DNA from: an uncultured Pseudomonadota bacterium
GTDB lineage: Bacteria > Pseudomonadota > Alphaproteobacteria > UBA9219
Length of the DNA stretch: 64,000 nt
Direction: 5' to 3'
Assembly (NCBI GenBank): GCA_903869345.1
Contig: CAIPYM010000024.1
Location: 3,703-67,702 of the forward strand
Below are positions 17,976-28,484 of the stretch, piece by piece. Made by a program: the position numbers and the translations under genes. The notes under the pieces are model-generated. The model was not told where the DNA came from. It worked only from the letters and a program-made list of their open reading frames with translations, and did not search any database. Each line of letters opens with the position of its first letter. Position 1 is the stretch's first letter.

Positions 17976-18956
17976 GTGCCGCCTTTTGATGCTCCCTTCG
18001 TTCCCTTCAACCGCGTCGCCCTGATCGGGTGCGGGCTGATCGGCGCGTCCATCGCCCTTGACGTGCGCGCCAAGGGCCTCGCGCACACCATCGTCGTGGG
18101 CGATCGCAACCCCGAGCATCGAAACGAGGCCCTGGAGCTTGGCCTCTGCGACGAAGCGTTTGAATCCAACGGCGAAGCCGTGCGCGGCGCGGACCTTGTG
18201 ATCCTGGCAACGCCCGTCGGAGTCATGGGCGCGGCAGCGGAAAGTCTTGCGGCCGACCTTGCGCCCGGATGCCTCGTGACGGACGTGGGCTCTGTCAAGG
18301 AGGCTGTCATTCGGGACGTCGCGCCGCACATCCCTCCGCACGCGACGTTCATCCCCGGCCACCCCATCGCGGGCACCGAGCATTCAGGGCCCAAGGCGGG
18401 GCTTCAGGGGCTTTTTGTGAATCGTTGGTGGATTCTGACGCCCCTGCCCCATACCCCGCCCGAAGCGGTTGCGCGTCTGCAAGGGCTGATCGAGCGCCTC
18501 GGGGCCAAGATTGCGGTGATGGAGGACCCCGCTAACCACGACCGCACGCTGGCGATCACCTCGCACCTGCCCCAGCTGATCGCCTACACCATCGTCGCAA
18601 CCGCCGACACCTTGGCCGAGGACATGAAACAGGCCGTGATCCGTTACTCGGCCAGTGGGTTTCACGACTTCACGCGCATTGCGGCCAGCGACCCCGTCAT
18701 GTGGCGCGATATTTTTCTAAACAACCGCGAGGCGGTCCTGGACATGCTGCAAAGGTTCATCGAAGACCTGATGGGCCTGCAGAAATCCATTCGGCGGGGC
18801 GAGGGCGAACGCCTGGAAGAGCTGTTCACCCGCAGCCGTGCGATCCGCCGTGGGATCGTCAAAGCGGGCCAAGCCGAACCCTTGGCCGAGCCGACGACAG
18901 CCCACCTGCGTCTTTCCCAACAACCACCGGGTCTCGTCAATCCCACCAAAAAATAG
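17976..18956 (+). CDS. tyrC: Prephenate/cyclohexadienyl (arogenate) dehydrogenase
   Basis: Rossmann IGCGLIGASIAL and TyrA catalytic region HPIAGTEHSGP. Confidence 0.85.
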   Translation: MPPFDAPFVPFNRVALIGCGLIGASIALDVRAKGLAHTIVVGDRNPEHRNEALELGLCDEAFESNGEAVRGADLVILATPVGVMGAAAESLAADLAPGCLVTDVGSVKEAVIRDVAPHIPPHATFIPGHPIAGTEHSGPKAGLQGLFVNRWWILTPLPHTPPEAVARLQGLIERLGAKIAVMEDPANHDRTLAITSHLPQLIAYTIVATADTLAEDMKQAVIRYSASGFHDFTRIAASDPVMWRDIFLNNREAVLDMLQRFIEDLMGLQKSIRRGEGERLEELFTRSRAIRRGIVKAGQAEPLAEPTTAHLRLSQQPPGLVNPTKK

Positions 18957-19159
18957 ACATGTCCCGTGGAGGCACTGAGGAACGATCTGCCAAAAAGGAA
19001 AACCTAGGCCGTGCCACCGTGTAACAGTTGAAAATCGTGGCGTGTTGGGACCGCCAAGCGCCCTGAAGGATTGGCCGTTGATACGCGAGCCGTCGATCCG
19101 GTAAAGTCAGCGTCCCAAGGGCGTCATCTTCGTCCGTCTCTGTTGTCGCGGGTTGTCGC

Positions 19160-20407
19160 GTGTCCATGCCTGATTCTTTCTTACCGCGCGGAACCCCGGA
19201 TTCAGCGCGGAGGGTCTCCCCGCGTGATTCGCGGGCCGCTCATCAGGGGGTTCTGCACCTTGCGCCCAGCTTGGCGGCCTCTGCGTCGGCCCGCGAAGTC
19301 GTGGATCTGGCCGTGCATGTCAACCGCGCGGGGTGGCGGTCAGTCATCGCCTCGGCGGGAGGGCCTTTGGTGCTGGAGGTGGAACGCGCTGCGGTCCGCC
19401 ACCGTCGTTTGCCTTTGGAGACCCGAGGATTCGTGCGGCGATTCCTGAACGGGGCGCGGCTTCGACGGCTTGCGAAGATCGAGCACTTCGCGCTTGTTCA
19501 CGCGCACGGCTGGAGCTTGGCCGCTGCGGGCCTAAGGCTCGCCCGTGCCTCGTCGCTGCCCTGGATTCTGGATATCGTTGAGCCGTTTCCGGTAACCGCG
19601 CGGGCGCAGCGACTTGCGCGGGCGGTTCAAGGGTCGCAAGCGCTTTTCCGCGTTCCCTCTGTTTTCCTCGCCGATTTTCTGGTGCGGGATGTGGGCATCG
19701 CGGCCGAGCGAATCAGGCGCGTTCCTCCCGGCGTGGATCTCGTCACGTACAACGCCCCGCGCGTGACGCCTGAGCGCCTTCAGAAACTCACAGCCCTTTG
19801 GCGTATCCCTGAACAAGGGTCGGTGATTCTGGTGGGGGCCCCGATGGAGCCGGGGCAGGGGCACGAGACTCTTTTGGAGGCTGTGAAGGCCCTGGGTCGG
19901 GCTGATGTGTTTGTCGTGATCGTGGGCGGCGATTCGTCGACGTCCCCCGCGTTGAAGGTGCGCCTGGAGCGTCTTGTGGCCGCGAACGCGATGCAGGGGC
20001 AGGTGGTGATGCCCGACCAATGCCCGGATTGGCCCGCCGCGCTGTGGCTTGCAAGTGTGGTGGTGTCGGTTGGTGAAGCCCCTCGGGGTCAAACGCCCGA
20101 GATTCTGGCGGCTCAAGCTCTTGGCCGCCCGGTGATTGTGAGCCGCTCGGGGGCGCGTCCCGAGATGGTGCGGGAAGGGATGACGGCTTGGGTTGTCCCC
20201 CCCGATGATCGTTCGGCATTGGAGGCCGCCCTGACGGAGGCGGTGCAGACGACCGCCGAGCAGCGCATTAGCCTTGCGCATCTGACGCGGGCCTTCGTGA
20301 GCGAGACGTTTCCTCTGGACACCTGGTGCCAACGCATGATGACTCTTTACGCTGAACGAGTCAGTCGGCCCTCGGACGTGACGTGTCCAGGAGAGGCGCG
20401 GTCATGA
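19160..20407 (+). CDS. Glycosyltransferase family 4 (GT-B fold)
   Basis: C-terminal half carries the GT4 signature (GQGHETLLEAV..., EILAAQALGRPVIVSRSGARPEMVREG); N-terminal start uncertain. Confidence 0.8.
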   Translation: MSMPDSFLPRGTPDSARRVSPRDSRAAHQGVLHLAPSLAASASAREVVDLAVHVNRAGWRSVIASAGGPLVLEVERAAVRHRRLPLETRGFVRRFLNGARLRRLAKIEHFALVHAHGWSLAAAGLRLARASSLPWILDIVEPFPVTARAQRLARAVQGSQALFRVPSVFLADFLVRDVGIAAERIRRVPPGVDLVTYNAPRVTPERLQKLTALWRIPEQGSVILVGAPMEPGQGHETLLEAVKALGRADVFVVIVGGDSSTSPALKVRLERLVAANAMQGQVVMPDQCPDWPAALWLASVVVSVGEAPRGQTPEILAAQALGRPVIVSRSGARPEMVREGMTAWVVPPDDRSALEAALTEAVQTTAEQRISLAHLTRAFVSETFPLDTWCQRMMTLYAERVSRPSDVTCPGEARS

Positions 20408-21195
20408 GGTCGGGGGGCACGCAGCGCGACCAGGAATCGCGGTGGTTCGGGTTTGAGGAAGTCACCCCGGACGAAAAGACCTCGCGCGTGCGGGGCGTCT
20501 TTGACTCGGTCGCTTCGCGCTATGACCTGATGAACGACCTGATGTCCGGTGGGCTGCATCGTCTTTGGAAAGACGCCCTTCTGCAGGACCTGGCCCCTCG
20601 GTCCGGTGAGCTGGTCGTGGACGTTGCGGGGGGCACGGGGGATATCGCTCGGCGGGTTTTAGAAACCACGCAAGGGGGGGGCCGCGTTCTGGTGTGCGAC
20701 CTCACCGAATCCATGGTGAGGCAAGGGCGCGAGAAGACACTGGATCGGGGATGGCTTGAAGAAGACGGTCCCCTGTGGACGGTTGGCAATGCGGAATCGT
20801 TGCCCTTGCCCGCGAACACGGCGGACGCGGTGACCATCGCCTTTGGGCTTCGCAACGTGACGCACATGGACCAGGCTCTTGAAGAGTTTGTGCGTGTCCT
20901 GAAACCCGGCGGGCGTTTTTTGTGCCTGGAGTTCAGCCCCGGCGTTTCGCCGTTGTTGCGGGCCGCGCACAAGCGGTACTGTTTCACGGTTTTGCCCTTG
21001 CTGGGGCGCTGGGTCGCGCGGGATGCGCCCTCGTACGCTTATTTAGCCGAGAGCATTCAGCAATTCCCCGCGCAAGCTGATTTGGCCCAGCGACTCGAAT
21101 CGGCGGGCTTGCGCGAGGTTTGTTGGCGTGACTTGATGGGGGGCCTCGCGGTCATCCATGGAGGGCGCAAGCCTTCGGGGACTTCGCCCTTGTAG
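20404..21195 (+). CDS. ubiE: Ubiquinone/menaquinone biosynthesis C-methyltransferase
   Basis: VFDSVASRYDLMNDLMSGGLHRLWK and VLDVAGGTGD motifs; ATGA overlap with the upstream glycosyltransferase. Confidence 0.9.
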   Translation: MRSGGTQRDQESRWFGFEEVTPDEKTSRVRGVFDSVASRYDLMNDLMSGGLHRLWKDALLQDLAPRSGELVVDVAGGTGDIARRVLETTQGGGRVLVCDLTESMVRQGREKTLDRGWLEEDGPLWTVGNAESLPLPANTADAVTIAFGLRNVTHMDQALEEFVRVLKPGGRFLCLEFSPGVSPLLRAAHKRYCFTVLPLLGRWVARDAPSYAYLAESIQQFPAQADLAQRLESAGLREVCWRDLMGGLAVIHGGRKPSGTSPL

Positions 21196-21254
21196 CCGCG
21201 CGGCGGCCCCGTGTGGATGTTTCCGCGCGTTTTTTCCAGGAGTTAGGACGTTTC

Positions 21255-22403
21255 ATGCCCGTGATCACGACAACCGACGAGCTTGCCCGTTTTTGCGCGG
21301 CGCAAGCCGAGGCCGATTTTATCACCGTGGACACCGAGTTCATGCGCGAGCGTACCTACTGGTCGCGGCTCTGCTTGGCGCAAATTGGGGGACCGATGGA
21401 GGCCGTCGCGGTGGACCCTTTGGCCGAGGGCATTGACCTCGCGCCGTTGCATGCGTTGTTGGAGAACCCTCGCGTCCTCAAGGTTTTTCACGCGGCGCGG
21501 CAGGACGTGGAGATTTTTGTGCACGCAACGGGGCGCGTACCGATGCCCATGGTGGACACGCAAGTCATGGCGATGGTGTGCGGGTTTGGCGATTCAGCAA
21601 GTTACGAGACTCTGGTCGCGCAACTCACGGGGGAACGGCTCGATAAGGGCAGCCGCTTCACGGACTGGGCGCGACGCCCCCTGACGCCGCGCCAGGTGGA
21701 GTACGCCTTGGGGGATGTCACGCACCTTCGCCGCGTGTACGTGGAACTGGCCGCCCGGATCGCTCGCTTGGGCCGCGAAACGTGGCTTCAGGACGACATG
21801 GCAGCGCTCACCGATCCCCGGACGTACACCTCGGACCCGGAGGAAATTTGGAAACGTCTGAAGTTTAAAGCCGACAAGCCGCGCGCGCTGGCGCTTATTC
21901 GTGCGCTCGCGATTTGGCGCGAACGTGAGGCGCAGCGGCTGAATGTTCCGCGTGGGCGTGTGCTGAAAGATGAGGCGTTGATGGAAATTGTCCACCATGC
22001 GCCGAAGACGGTGGACGAACTCGCCCATGTGCGGGGTCTGAACGGTGGCTTCGCGGAAGGTCGTGCAGGAGCGACGGTTCTGGAGGTTCTGGCCGAGGCG
22101 CAAGCCTTGCCGTCCTCCGCCTGCCCGCCGCGTGAGCCGCGTCGCGTTCTCCCGCAAGGTGCAGCGGCGACGTTGGATCTGTTGAAGGTGCTCCTTCACC
22201 ACGTGAGCGACGAAAAGGGCGTTGCCGCGCGGCTGATTGCTTCGTCCGATGATCTGGAGGCTTTTGTGGCCGACGCGAGCGACGTGCGCTTTCTGACGGG
22301 TTGGCGTCGGGAGATGTTCGGGGAGCAAGCCCTGGCCCTGAAGAGCGGTGCCTTGGCGGTCTCTGTCCGCGATGGCCGTATCGTAACCTGTCCGGTGGGG
22401 TAG
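21255..22403 (+). CDS. rnd: Ribonuclease D
   Basis: DEDDy 3'-5' exonuclease (ITVDTEFMRE...YALGDVTHL) plus HRDC domain. Confidence 0.9.
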   Translation: MPVITTTDELARFCAAQAEADFITVDTEFMRERTYWSRLCLAQIGGPMEAVAVDPLAEGIDLAPLHALLENPRVLKVFHAARQDVEIFVHATGRVPMPMVDTQVMAMVCGFGDSASYETLVAQLTGERLDKGSRFTDWARRPLTPRQVEYALGDVTHLRRVYVELAARIARLGRETWLQDDMAALTDPRTYTSDPEEIWKRLKFKADKPRALALIRALAIWREREAQRLNVPRGRVLKDEALMEIVHHAPKTVDELAHVRGLNGGFAEGRAGATVLEVLAEAQALPSSACPPREPRRVLPQGAAATLDLLKVLLHHVSDEKGVAARLIASSDDLEAFVADASDVRFLTGWRREMFGEQALALKSGALAVSVRDGRIVTCPVG

Positions 22404-22449
22404 ACGCTTCTCTGCGTCCGTCATCAACCGGGAGAAAAAAGAACGCCGC

Positions 22450-23523
22450 GTGATGACACCTCCCCGTGCCTTGGGTATTCTGCGCACGGCCCTGACGGTC
22501 AAGGAGGAACGCATGGAGGGAAGCCCAGACGTTTGGAGTTGGTTAGGGCAAGACACTCTGAAAGAGGGTGTGTCGAATGTTGTTCTGATGGGCTCAGGAA
22601 TCGTTTTTGGGATCGGAGCCCTGTGGAAGGGCTACCTGCACCTTTCGAAGAAGGGGCACGATTCTCAAGCTCTCCGAGTGATGAGCCCGATAAGCGCGGG
22701 GGGTGACTCCAACGCCCAAGGCTCCATCGTTCAGAGCCCCGGCGCCAGGATTGAAAATCATTTTCATGGTGTGCCTTTTGAAGAATATGAAAAAGTTCGT
22801 TCGGCGCTCAAGACGGCCGAGGAAACCCTCGCGGAGCTGACCTCCCAAATGGCCGCCTTGCGGACAGACGATCAAAACACCGCCCTTGTGAAGCGACACA
22901 TCCGGGAGGCTCTTCAGCGTGGGGACCTCGATAGGGCGGCCGAACTTCTGAACCATGCGAGCGATCACGATCTGCACGTGGCACAAGCGTCCCAGGAAAG
23001 GGCCAACAAGCCTTCCTGTCCCCCGACAAAGAAAGGAGATTTGGCCCCTTACCGGTCGGCCTCTGCAGAGGCTTCCTTGTTCAAGGAACAAAAGTTTCAA
23101 CCAAACCGCCTGATGAGACGTGCACCTGAACCAGCTACCAGCGATCTGGAAGAGGCGCACAGGCTCTTCCTTTCCGCCGCCGCGTCCAAGGCAAAAGCGG
23201 GCGATGTCAAATACATCCAAGCGGCTTATCAGGACTCCGCCGCCTGTTATCAGCAAGCCGCCGCCCTTGTCCCCCCCGAGGAGCCCGCCATCCTCGCGGG
23301 GTACCTGAACAAGCAAGGGCTCGCCCTCCTCGCTGAGGGGGAGCTTGTGCAAGCGCAAGCGATTCTTGAACGGGCCCTTGATCTTCGGAAAAAATCGCTT
23401 GGCCCCCATCATCGGGATGTTGCGGAGAGTTTGAACAACTTGGCGATCCTTGACCGCATCCAGGGCCAACAAAATCGCCCCTTATCCTGCTCGATCCCGG
23501 CCGACGATCGTCAATCCAGGTAA
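22450..23523 (+). CDS. TPR-repeat protein (TPR_10/12-like), N-terminal TM segment; C-terminus ends abruptly next to a repeat element
   Basis: AYQDSAACYQQAAAL..., LNKQGLALLAEGELVQAQAILERALDLRKKSLGPHHRDVAESLNNLAIL are TPR_12-type repeats; the last repeat is incomplete. Confidence 0.5.
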   Translation: MMTPPRALGILRTALTVKEERMEGSPDVWSWLGQDTLKEGVSNVVLMGSGIVFGIGALWKGYLHLSKKGHDSQALRVMSPISAGGDSNAQGSIVQSPGARIENHFHGVPFEEYEKVRSALKTAEETLAELTSQMAALRTDDQNTALVKRHIREALQRGDLDRAAELLNHASDHDLHVAQASQERANKPSCPPTKKGDLAPYRSASAEASLFKEQKFQPNRLMRRAPEPATSDLEEAHRLFLSAAASKAKAGDVKYIQAAYQDSAACYQQAAALVPPEEPAILAGYLNKQGLALLAEGELVQAQAILERALDLRKKSLGPHHRDVAESLNNLAILDRIQGQQNRPLSCSIPADDRQSR

Positions 23524-23700
23524 GGTCCCCATTTCGCGGGCAAGGCGATTTCCGATTTCAGCCGCGACATCGAACCGAAGTTCCTCCGCGAGGTTGCTCC
23601 GGAAAAGGTGACGTTGCCGTGAGAATTCCTTTCTCTATAATCGGTCTCCAATAAAATGATCATGGATTTTTTGGGCAGACAGTTGAGAGAGGCACGGCGG

Positions 23701-23830
23701 GATTCCCTCTCCCCTTGAGGGAGAGGGTTAGGGTGAGGGGTCGTAAAAAGCAAGGGATTCGTAGGAGTTCAACACGCTTTTTGTTCAGGAACCCCTCACC
23801 CCGGCCCTCTCCCTCAAGGGGAGAGGGAGT
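23701..23830. repeat. Family B MITE with about 40-bp terminal inverted repeats
   Basis: GATTCCCTCTCCCCTTGAGGGAGAGGGTTAGGGTGAGGGG ... CCCCTCACCCCGGCCCTCTCCCTCAAGGGGAGAGGGAGTC. Confidence 0.7.
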
Positions 23831-23899
23831 CGCACCGCACCTCCTTCGAGGTCGGTCCTTCATCTGATTCCATGCTCATTTTATGTGAGTCGAGCTAGA

Positions 23900-24010
23900 A
23901 CGGAAAGAGCCGGGGATGAATCGCCGCGCCCCCTTCGGGGGGGCCTCGCGATGACAGCGAAGGGGACAGGCCTGAGAAAAAGGCCCTTGTGTGCCACGTC
24001 GCAGCACATC
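23900..24010. repeat. Degenerate family A tail copy
   Basis: GATGACAGCGAAGGGGACAGGCCTGAGAAAAAGGCCCTTGTGTGCCACGTCGCAG matches the tail found at 7081-7126 and 53404-53460. Confidence 0.5.
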
Positions 24011-24114
24011 ATCGGCTTCACAAAAAAACCGCCATCCCGAGAGGGACGGCGGCTTCTTGGGTGTCCAGACATCCAGGGCCCGCGCCAAGCGCGGACCCTG
24101 GAAGATTGTGAACC

Positions 24115-24618
24115 TTACTGCACCACCACGGTGACGGCGCGACGGTTCTGAGTCCAAGCAGCTTCGTTGCTGCCAAGAACAGCCGGACGCTCCTTACCGT
24201 AGCTAAGGGTCTGAAGACGCGAGGCGGAAATGCCCGCTGCTTCCAGGTAATCCTTAGCCGCCGTCGCACGACGCTCGCCGAGCGCGAGGTTGTATTCCCG
24301 CGTTCCGCGCTCGTCGCAATGGCCTTCAACCACCGCCTTCAGAGACGGATACTTTTTCAGCCAAGCGGCCTGGCGATCCAGGGTCGCACGAGCTTCGGCG
24401 GACAGGTTGGCCTTGTCGAGCGCAAAGAAAACGCGATCGCCAACATTGACGACCAGGTCTTCCTGGCTACCAGGACGGGCGGGACCGTTCATGCCACCGC
24501 TCCCAGCACCGCCAGCGCCATAACCGCCAGCGCCGCCGGTTCCAGCCTCATTGCCCGTGGTGTCACAGGCGGCCACCAACACGAGAGTCGCGGCCAAACA
24601 AAGAAACTTCTTGATCAT
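24115..24618 (-). CDS. pal: OmpA-family peptidoglycan-associated lipoprotein (Pal-like)
   Basis: ATG at 24618; lipobox LVLVAAC, Gly-rich linker, OmpA C-terminal domain (HCDERGTREYNLALGERRA). Confidence 0.85.
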   Translation of the reverse strand: MIKKFLCLAATLVLVAACDTTGNEAGTGGAGGYGAGGAGSGGMNGPARPGSQEDLVVNVGDRVFFALDKANLSAEARATLDRQAAWLKKYPSLKAVVEGHCDERGTREYNLALGERRATAAKDYLEAAGISASRLQTLSYGKERPAVLGSNEAAWTQNRRAVTVVVQ

Positions 24619-24979
24619 GGTATGTGCCTCCTTTGGAGCGTTGAACACTGGAACGCCTGATCTCACCTGACACCCGGCTCCAGCCTTGATCGAATGCGAA
24701 CAAACCCTAGAGACACGCTCCCCTCTTTCCCGTCCAGCGAGACGAATCACCGAAGGACAAGTTAAGCAACGCATCCGGCCAGGAAGGTAGAGAGGGGCGT
24801 CACGAGAATCAAGCCCTTAATCGCACCCTTAATCGCTCAACGCCGGATCAAAGAAGCCGACGGATGAATCACAGTCTGATGAATCACAGTCTTGTGGAGA
24901 ATCGGGAATCTGCGTAGGGTCACGGGGTGTTCCCTGGGTCGACAGGCTTGTCGCCGTGTTTCTAGGATCTTTTAAGGAG

Positions 24980-25702
24980 ATGCCCATCATGTCCGGTTTT
25001 TCACCCCTCCTTCGAAACCTGCTCATTCTTGTCTTTCTTTTAGCGGCTGGCTTGGCCGCCATCGCCGTCAGCGGAATCTGGGTGAGCCGCGTGGAACAGC
25101 CGACTTACCAAGCGCTTGCGTCCGAGGGGCCGCTTGAGCTGCGCGACTACCCCGCGCTTATCGTCGCCGAAACGCGCACAACCGGCACACGCCGTGAAGC
25201 TCTTGAAAAAGGCTTTCGGCTTTTGGCGGATTTCATCTTTGGAGCCAACACCCCGTCCGCCGTTGAGCCCGCGACACAAACTCCGGCGGGGACCGAGACG
25301 GCACCTACCGATCTCAAGACGAGCGCGATGGAAGCCACCTCGGTCCAGGTTTCCGCAAAAAGTGTGCGGATTCCCATGACGGCTCCCGTCATCCAACAAG
25401 CTGACGGCGCAGAAGGATGGCTCGTGCGATTCGTGCTTCCCCGAACCTTGACGCTGGAAACCCTCCCCCGCCCCCTCAGTGCGCAAGTGCGCCTGATGGC
25501 CTTGCCGCCCGCACGTTATGTTGCGTTCCGGTTCACGGGCTTTGTGGACGAACAAAAGGTCAAGGACGCGACAGCCGCTGCTGAGGCTTACGCAAAATCC
25601 CTTGGAAAAACGCCGCGCGGTGAGCCCCTGGTCGCCTTCTATAACCCCCCGTGGACCCTTCCCTTCATGCGGCGGAACGAGGTCCTGATCGAAGTGGATT
25701 GA
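24980..25702 (+). CDS. SOUL/HBP-family heme-binding protein
   Basis: ATG 24980 with AAGGAGA RBS; N-terminal TM helix, then SOUL-like core (EQPTYQ...GPLELRDYPALIVAET). Confidence 0.7.
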   Translation: MPIMSGFSPLLRNLLILVFLLAAGLAAIAVSGIWVSRVEQPTYQALASEGPLELRDYPALIVAETRTTGTRREALEKGFRLLADFIFGANTPSAVEPATQTPAGTETAPTDLKTSAMEATSVQVSAKSVRIPMTAPVIQQADGAEGWLVRFVLPRTLTLETLPRPLSAQVRLMALPPARYVAFRFTGFVDEQKVKDATAAAEAYAKSLGKTPRGEPLVAFYNPPWTLPFMRRNEVLIEVD

Positions 25703-25773
25703 GGGTCTCCCCTCACCTCCCCGTCCCGGATCAGCCTGGTTAAGGACCGTGGGCGCATGCGCAGGTCTCCCCC

Positions 25774-26718
25774 ATGCTGTCTTTTTTCACCCGATCGCAC
25801 GCCTTGATCGTCACCGCGAGTGTTCTCTGGGCGTTGATGTACGTCGTGCGAACGGTCCTTGTGCATCATGTGAACATCCTCGTTTTGACGAGTGTGTCAC
25901 TGGGGTTGGGGGCGCTGTTTCTGGCCTGTTGGGTGAGGCCCTCCCCCCGGCGACTCGGGGCCTTTTTGCGCCGTTACCCCTGGCACGTGCCCCTGATGAG
26001 CGTTGCCATGATGACGGGGTCCGTTTCCATGATGCTCGCGCTCACCCACCTGGGAGTCGGCGTGGCGACCGTGTTGGGTCGAATCGAGACGTTGGCTGTT
26101 TTGGTCTTGGCCGTGATTTTCCTGGGTGAAAAGCTCTCCCTGAAAGCTCTGCCCTGGGGAGCCTTGGCGCTAGGAGCCGCCTGTTGGGTCGCCTCCCCCC
26201 ATCCGCTGACGATTGATTGGGCGGGGAGTGATGGCCTGGGGTTGTTGGGGATTTCAGCGACGATTCTTTGCTACGGCATTTCGTCCATCATGGGGCGGTT
26301 TCTGATTTCGTCGTCGGGCATTGCCGCACCGGACCTCGCGTTTCTCCGATGCAGCATGGGAAGCCTTGCCGCCCTCCCCCTTCTGGTGTTTGTGCCAACG
26401 GGTGAGCTGGTGGTTCATCTGACGCCCCTGCACTGGGGGATGTTGATCGTCTCCAGCACGTTCTGTTTGGGGCTTGCGACGATTTTCTATTACAAGGGTC
26501 TCAGGAACGTGGACGCGCCAACCGCGAGTTTTTTGGAAATGACCACCCCCGCCTTTTGTGTCGTGCTCGGATGCCTTTTTTTGGGCGAGCACCTTGCACC
26601 CACGCAGTGGATCGCCATGCCTATCCTTCTCGGCGCGGTCCTCCAGATTGTGCGCGTCGGAGCCAACCAGCGACGCCTCAAAAAACTTGCGAAAGAAAGT
26701 CTGATCGTGAATGTCTAA
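25774..26718 (+). CDS. EamA/DMT-family transporter
   Basis: 314 aa, 10 TM helices in two EamA-like halves. Confidence 0.8.
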   Translation: MLSFFTRSHALIVTASVLWALMYVVRTVLVHHVNILVLTSVSLGLGALFLACWVRPSPRRLGAFLRRYPWHVPLMSVAMMTGSVSMMLALTHLGVGVATVLGRIETLAVLVLAVIFLGEKLSLKALPWGALALGAACWVASPHPLTIDWAGSDGLGLLGISATILCYGISSIMGRFLISSSGIAAPDLAFLRCSMGSLAALPLLVFVPTGELVVHLTPLHWGMLIVSSTFCLGLATIFYYKGLRNVDAPTASFLEMTTPAFCVVLGCLFLGEHLAPTQWIAMPILLGAVLQIVRVGANQRRLKKLAKESLIVNV

Positions 26719-26751
26719 CCCGTTGGTCTGAAAATCCAGCAGAAAGGACCC

Positions 26752-28365
26752 GTGCGCGTGCAATTTCCTTGGCTTCCCTTCGGCTGGGACAAAGGCGGCC
26801 CCTGGGCGCTGGCGACGCGCGTGGCGCTTGTTGGGCTGGCGATTGTCGCGGCTTGGACGTTCCGCGATTACGGCATGAGCTGGGACGAGGAATACCAAAG
26901 CCAATACGGTCAAGCCGTCCTCGACTATTACGTGTCGGGGTTTCAGGATCACCGTTACCGCGAGATTTTCAACCTCTACCTCTACGGCGGAATGTTCGAC
27001 GGCCTTGCCAATGCCCTTGCAGCGGGTTGGCCGCAGGTGGACCTCTACACGTTCCGACATGGCCTGAATGCCCTGTGCGGCCTTTTGGGGCTCTGGGGCG
27101 TTTGGCGTCTGGGGCGCTTGGCCGGAGGCCCCGCGACGGGATTTACCGCGCTTGCGCTTTTGGCCCTGACGCCGATGTACCTGGGGCACATGTTCAACAA
27201 CCCGAAGGACATTCCCTTCGCGGCGGGTGTGACGTGGACCCTGTATTACATGGGCCGCAACTTACGCGCTTTCCCCGACATTCCTCCGCGCCTTATTTTG
27301 AAACTTGGAGCCCTGCTGGGGCTCACGCTTGGAGTGCGCGTGGGGGGCGTTTTGCTGCTTGTTGCATGGGGGGCGGCTCTGGTCGTGCGAGTCATGCCTC
27401 TTTTGGCACAAAGCGCCCCTCCCCTACGCTGGACCCGTGCGGAACATCTGCTGAAAGCCTTCTTGCGGCTTGTTGTCCCCACCACCGTGATCGCCTACGT
27501 CGTGATGCTGGCCTGCTGGCCCTGGGCGCAAGAATCCCCCCTCATTCATCCCTGGCAAGCGCTCTGGCAGTTCAGTCACTTTCCCCAAGACGTTGAGGTC
27601 CTGCTCAACGGCGTCACCCTGCATTCGACAAACCTTCCCTGGTTTTACGCGCCCCTCTATTTGGGCGTGCAGCTCCCGTTGCCCCAGCTGGTCTTGATGA
27701 CCCTCGGGCTTGGGGCCGGACCCTGGTTTCTGGCCCGCGCGACATCCGCCGCCGAACGCGGCCTTGCGACGCTGCTCGTTGTCACGGCCCTGACCCCCGT
27801 TCTGGTCGCTGTCCTCGCACACTCCGCCCTCTATGACGCTGTACGGCACTTTCTGTTCATCTTGCCGCCTCTGGCTGTTTTAGGGGCCCTGACGCTGACC
27901 AAAACGCTCGCGCGGTTGCCCCGTGCGGCGGTTGCTCTGGTTTTGGCCGCCGTTCTTGGGGGGCTTCTTGAGCCCATCGCGGCGATGGTCCGTCTGCACC
28001 CCTATGAATACATTTACGCCAACCCGCTGATAGGAGGCGTTCGGGGTGCGTTCGGACGGTTTGATCTGGATTACTGGGGCAGCTCGTTCCGTGAGGCCGC
28101 CGAGGAGCTGCAACGCTACGTCGCCCGTGAAGGCGGCGTGCCCGAAGGCCACATCACGCAAGTGGCGATTTGCGGCCCGTGGTCCGCCGCGCTGATCTAC
28201 CTCCCACCCGATTACGAAGCCGTCGAAGCCACCGACCCCGACGCCGACTTTTTCCTGTCCACCACGCGCTGGATGTGTTCGTCCCTCCGTCCTGGACGCG
28301 AAATCGTCCGTATCACCCGTGACGGGGTCCCCCTCAGCGTCATCAAAGACCTGCGCGTCCCCTAG
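26752..28365 (+). CDS. Membrane glycosyltransferase, GT39/GT83-like (ArnT/PMT family)
   Basis: 11-13 TM helices and N-terminal loop with DE-type motif (FRDYGMSWDEEYQSQYGQAVLDYY); C-terminal periplasmic domain. Confidence 0.7.
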   Translation: MRVQFPWLPFGWDKGGPWALATRVALVGLAIVAAWTFRDYGMSWDEEYQSQYGQAVLDYYVSGFQDHRYREIFNLYLYGGMFDGLANALAAGWPQVDLYTFRHGLNALCGLLGLWGVWRLGRLAGGPATGFTALALLALTPMYLGHMFNNPKDIPFAAGVTWTLYYMGRNLRAFPDIPPRLILKLGALLGLTLGVRVGGVLLLVAWGAALVVRVMPLLAQSAPPLRWTRAEHLLKAFLRLVVPTTVIAYVVMLACWPWAQESPLIHPWQALWQFSHFPQDVEVLLNGVTLHSTNLPWFYAPLYLGVQLPLPQLVLMTLGLGAGPWFLARATSAAERGLATLLVVTALTPVLVAVLAHSALYDAVRHFLFILPPLAVLGALTLTKTLARLPRAAVALVLAAVLGGLLEPIAAMVRLHPYEYIYANPLIGGVRGAFGRFDLDYWGSSFREAAEELQRYVAREGGVPEGHITQVAICGPWSAALIYLPPDYEAVEATDPDADFFLSTTRWMCSSLRPGREIVRITRDGVPLSVIKDLRVP

Positions 28366-28484
28366 AATTGAGCAGCCGTTAGGCAAGAACGTGCAACGGC
28401 CGCATTGCGTTCGGGCAGGCCCTCACGATAAGGTTTTGCCCTGTACGGTGAATCTTTGCAGCGAATCTAAGAGAGGGTCCCCCC

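Noticed and set aside
24060-24110. Possible terminator hairpin CCAGGGCCCGCGC...GCGCGGACCCTGG after pal
   Set aside because: An inverted repeat is present, but there is no adjacent U-tract on the pal-sense (minus) strand, so it is not called as a terminator.
23524-24114. Small ORFs (23511-23753, 23660-23863, 23876-24157 and others) in the repeat-rich gap before pal
   Set aside because: They are translations of family A and B repeat arms (PLPQGERE, LTLTLSLKGRGNP), not genes.
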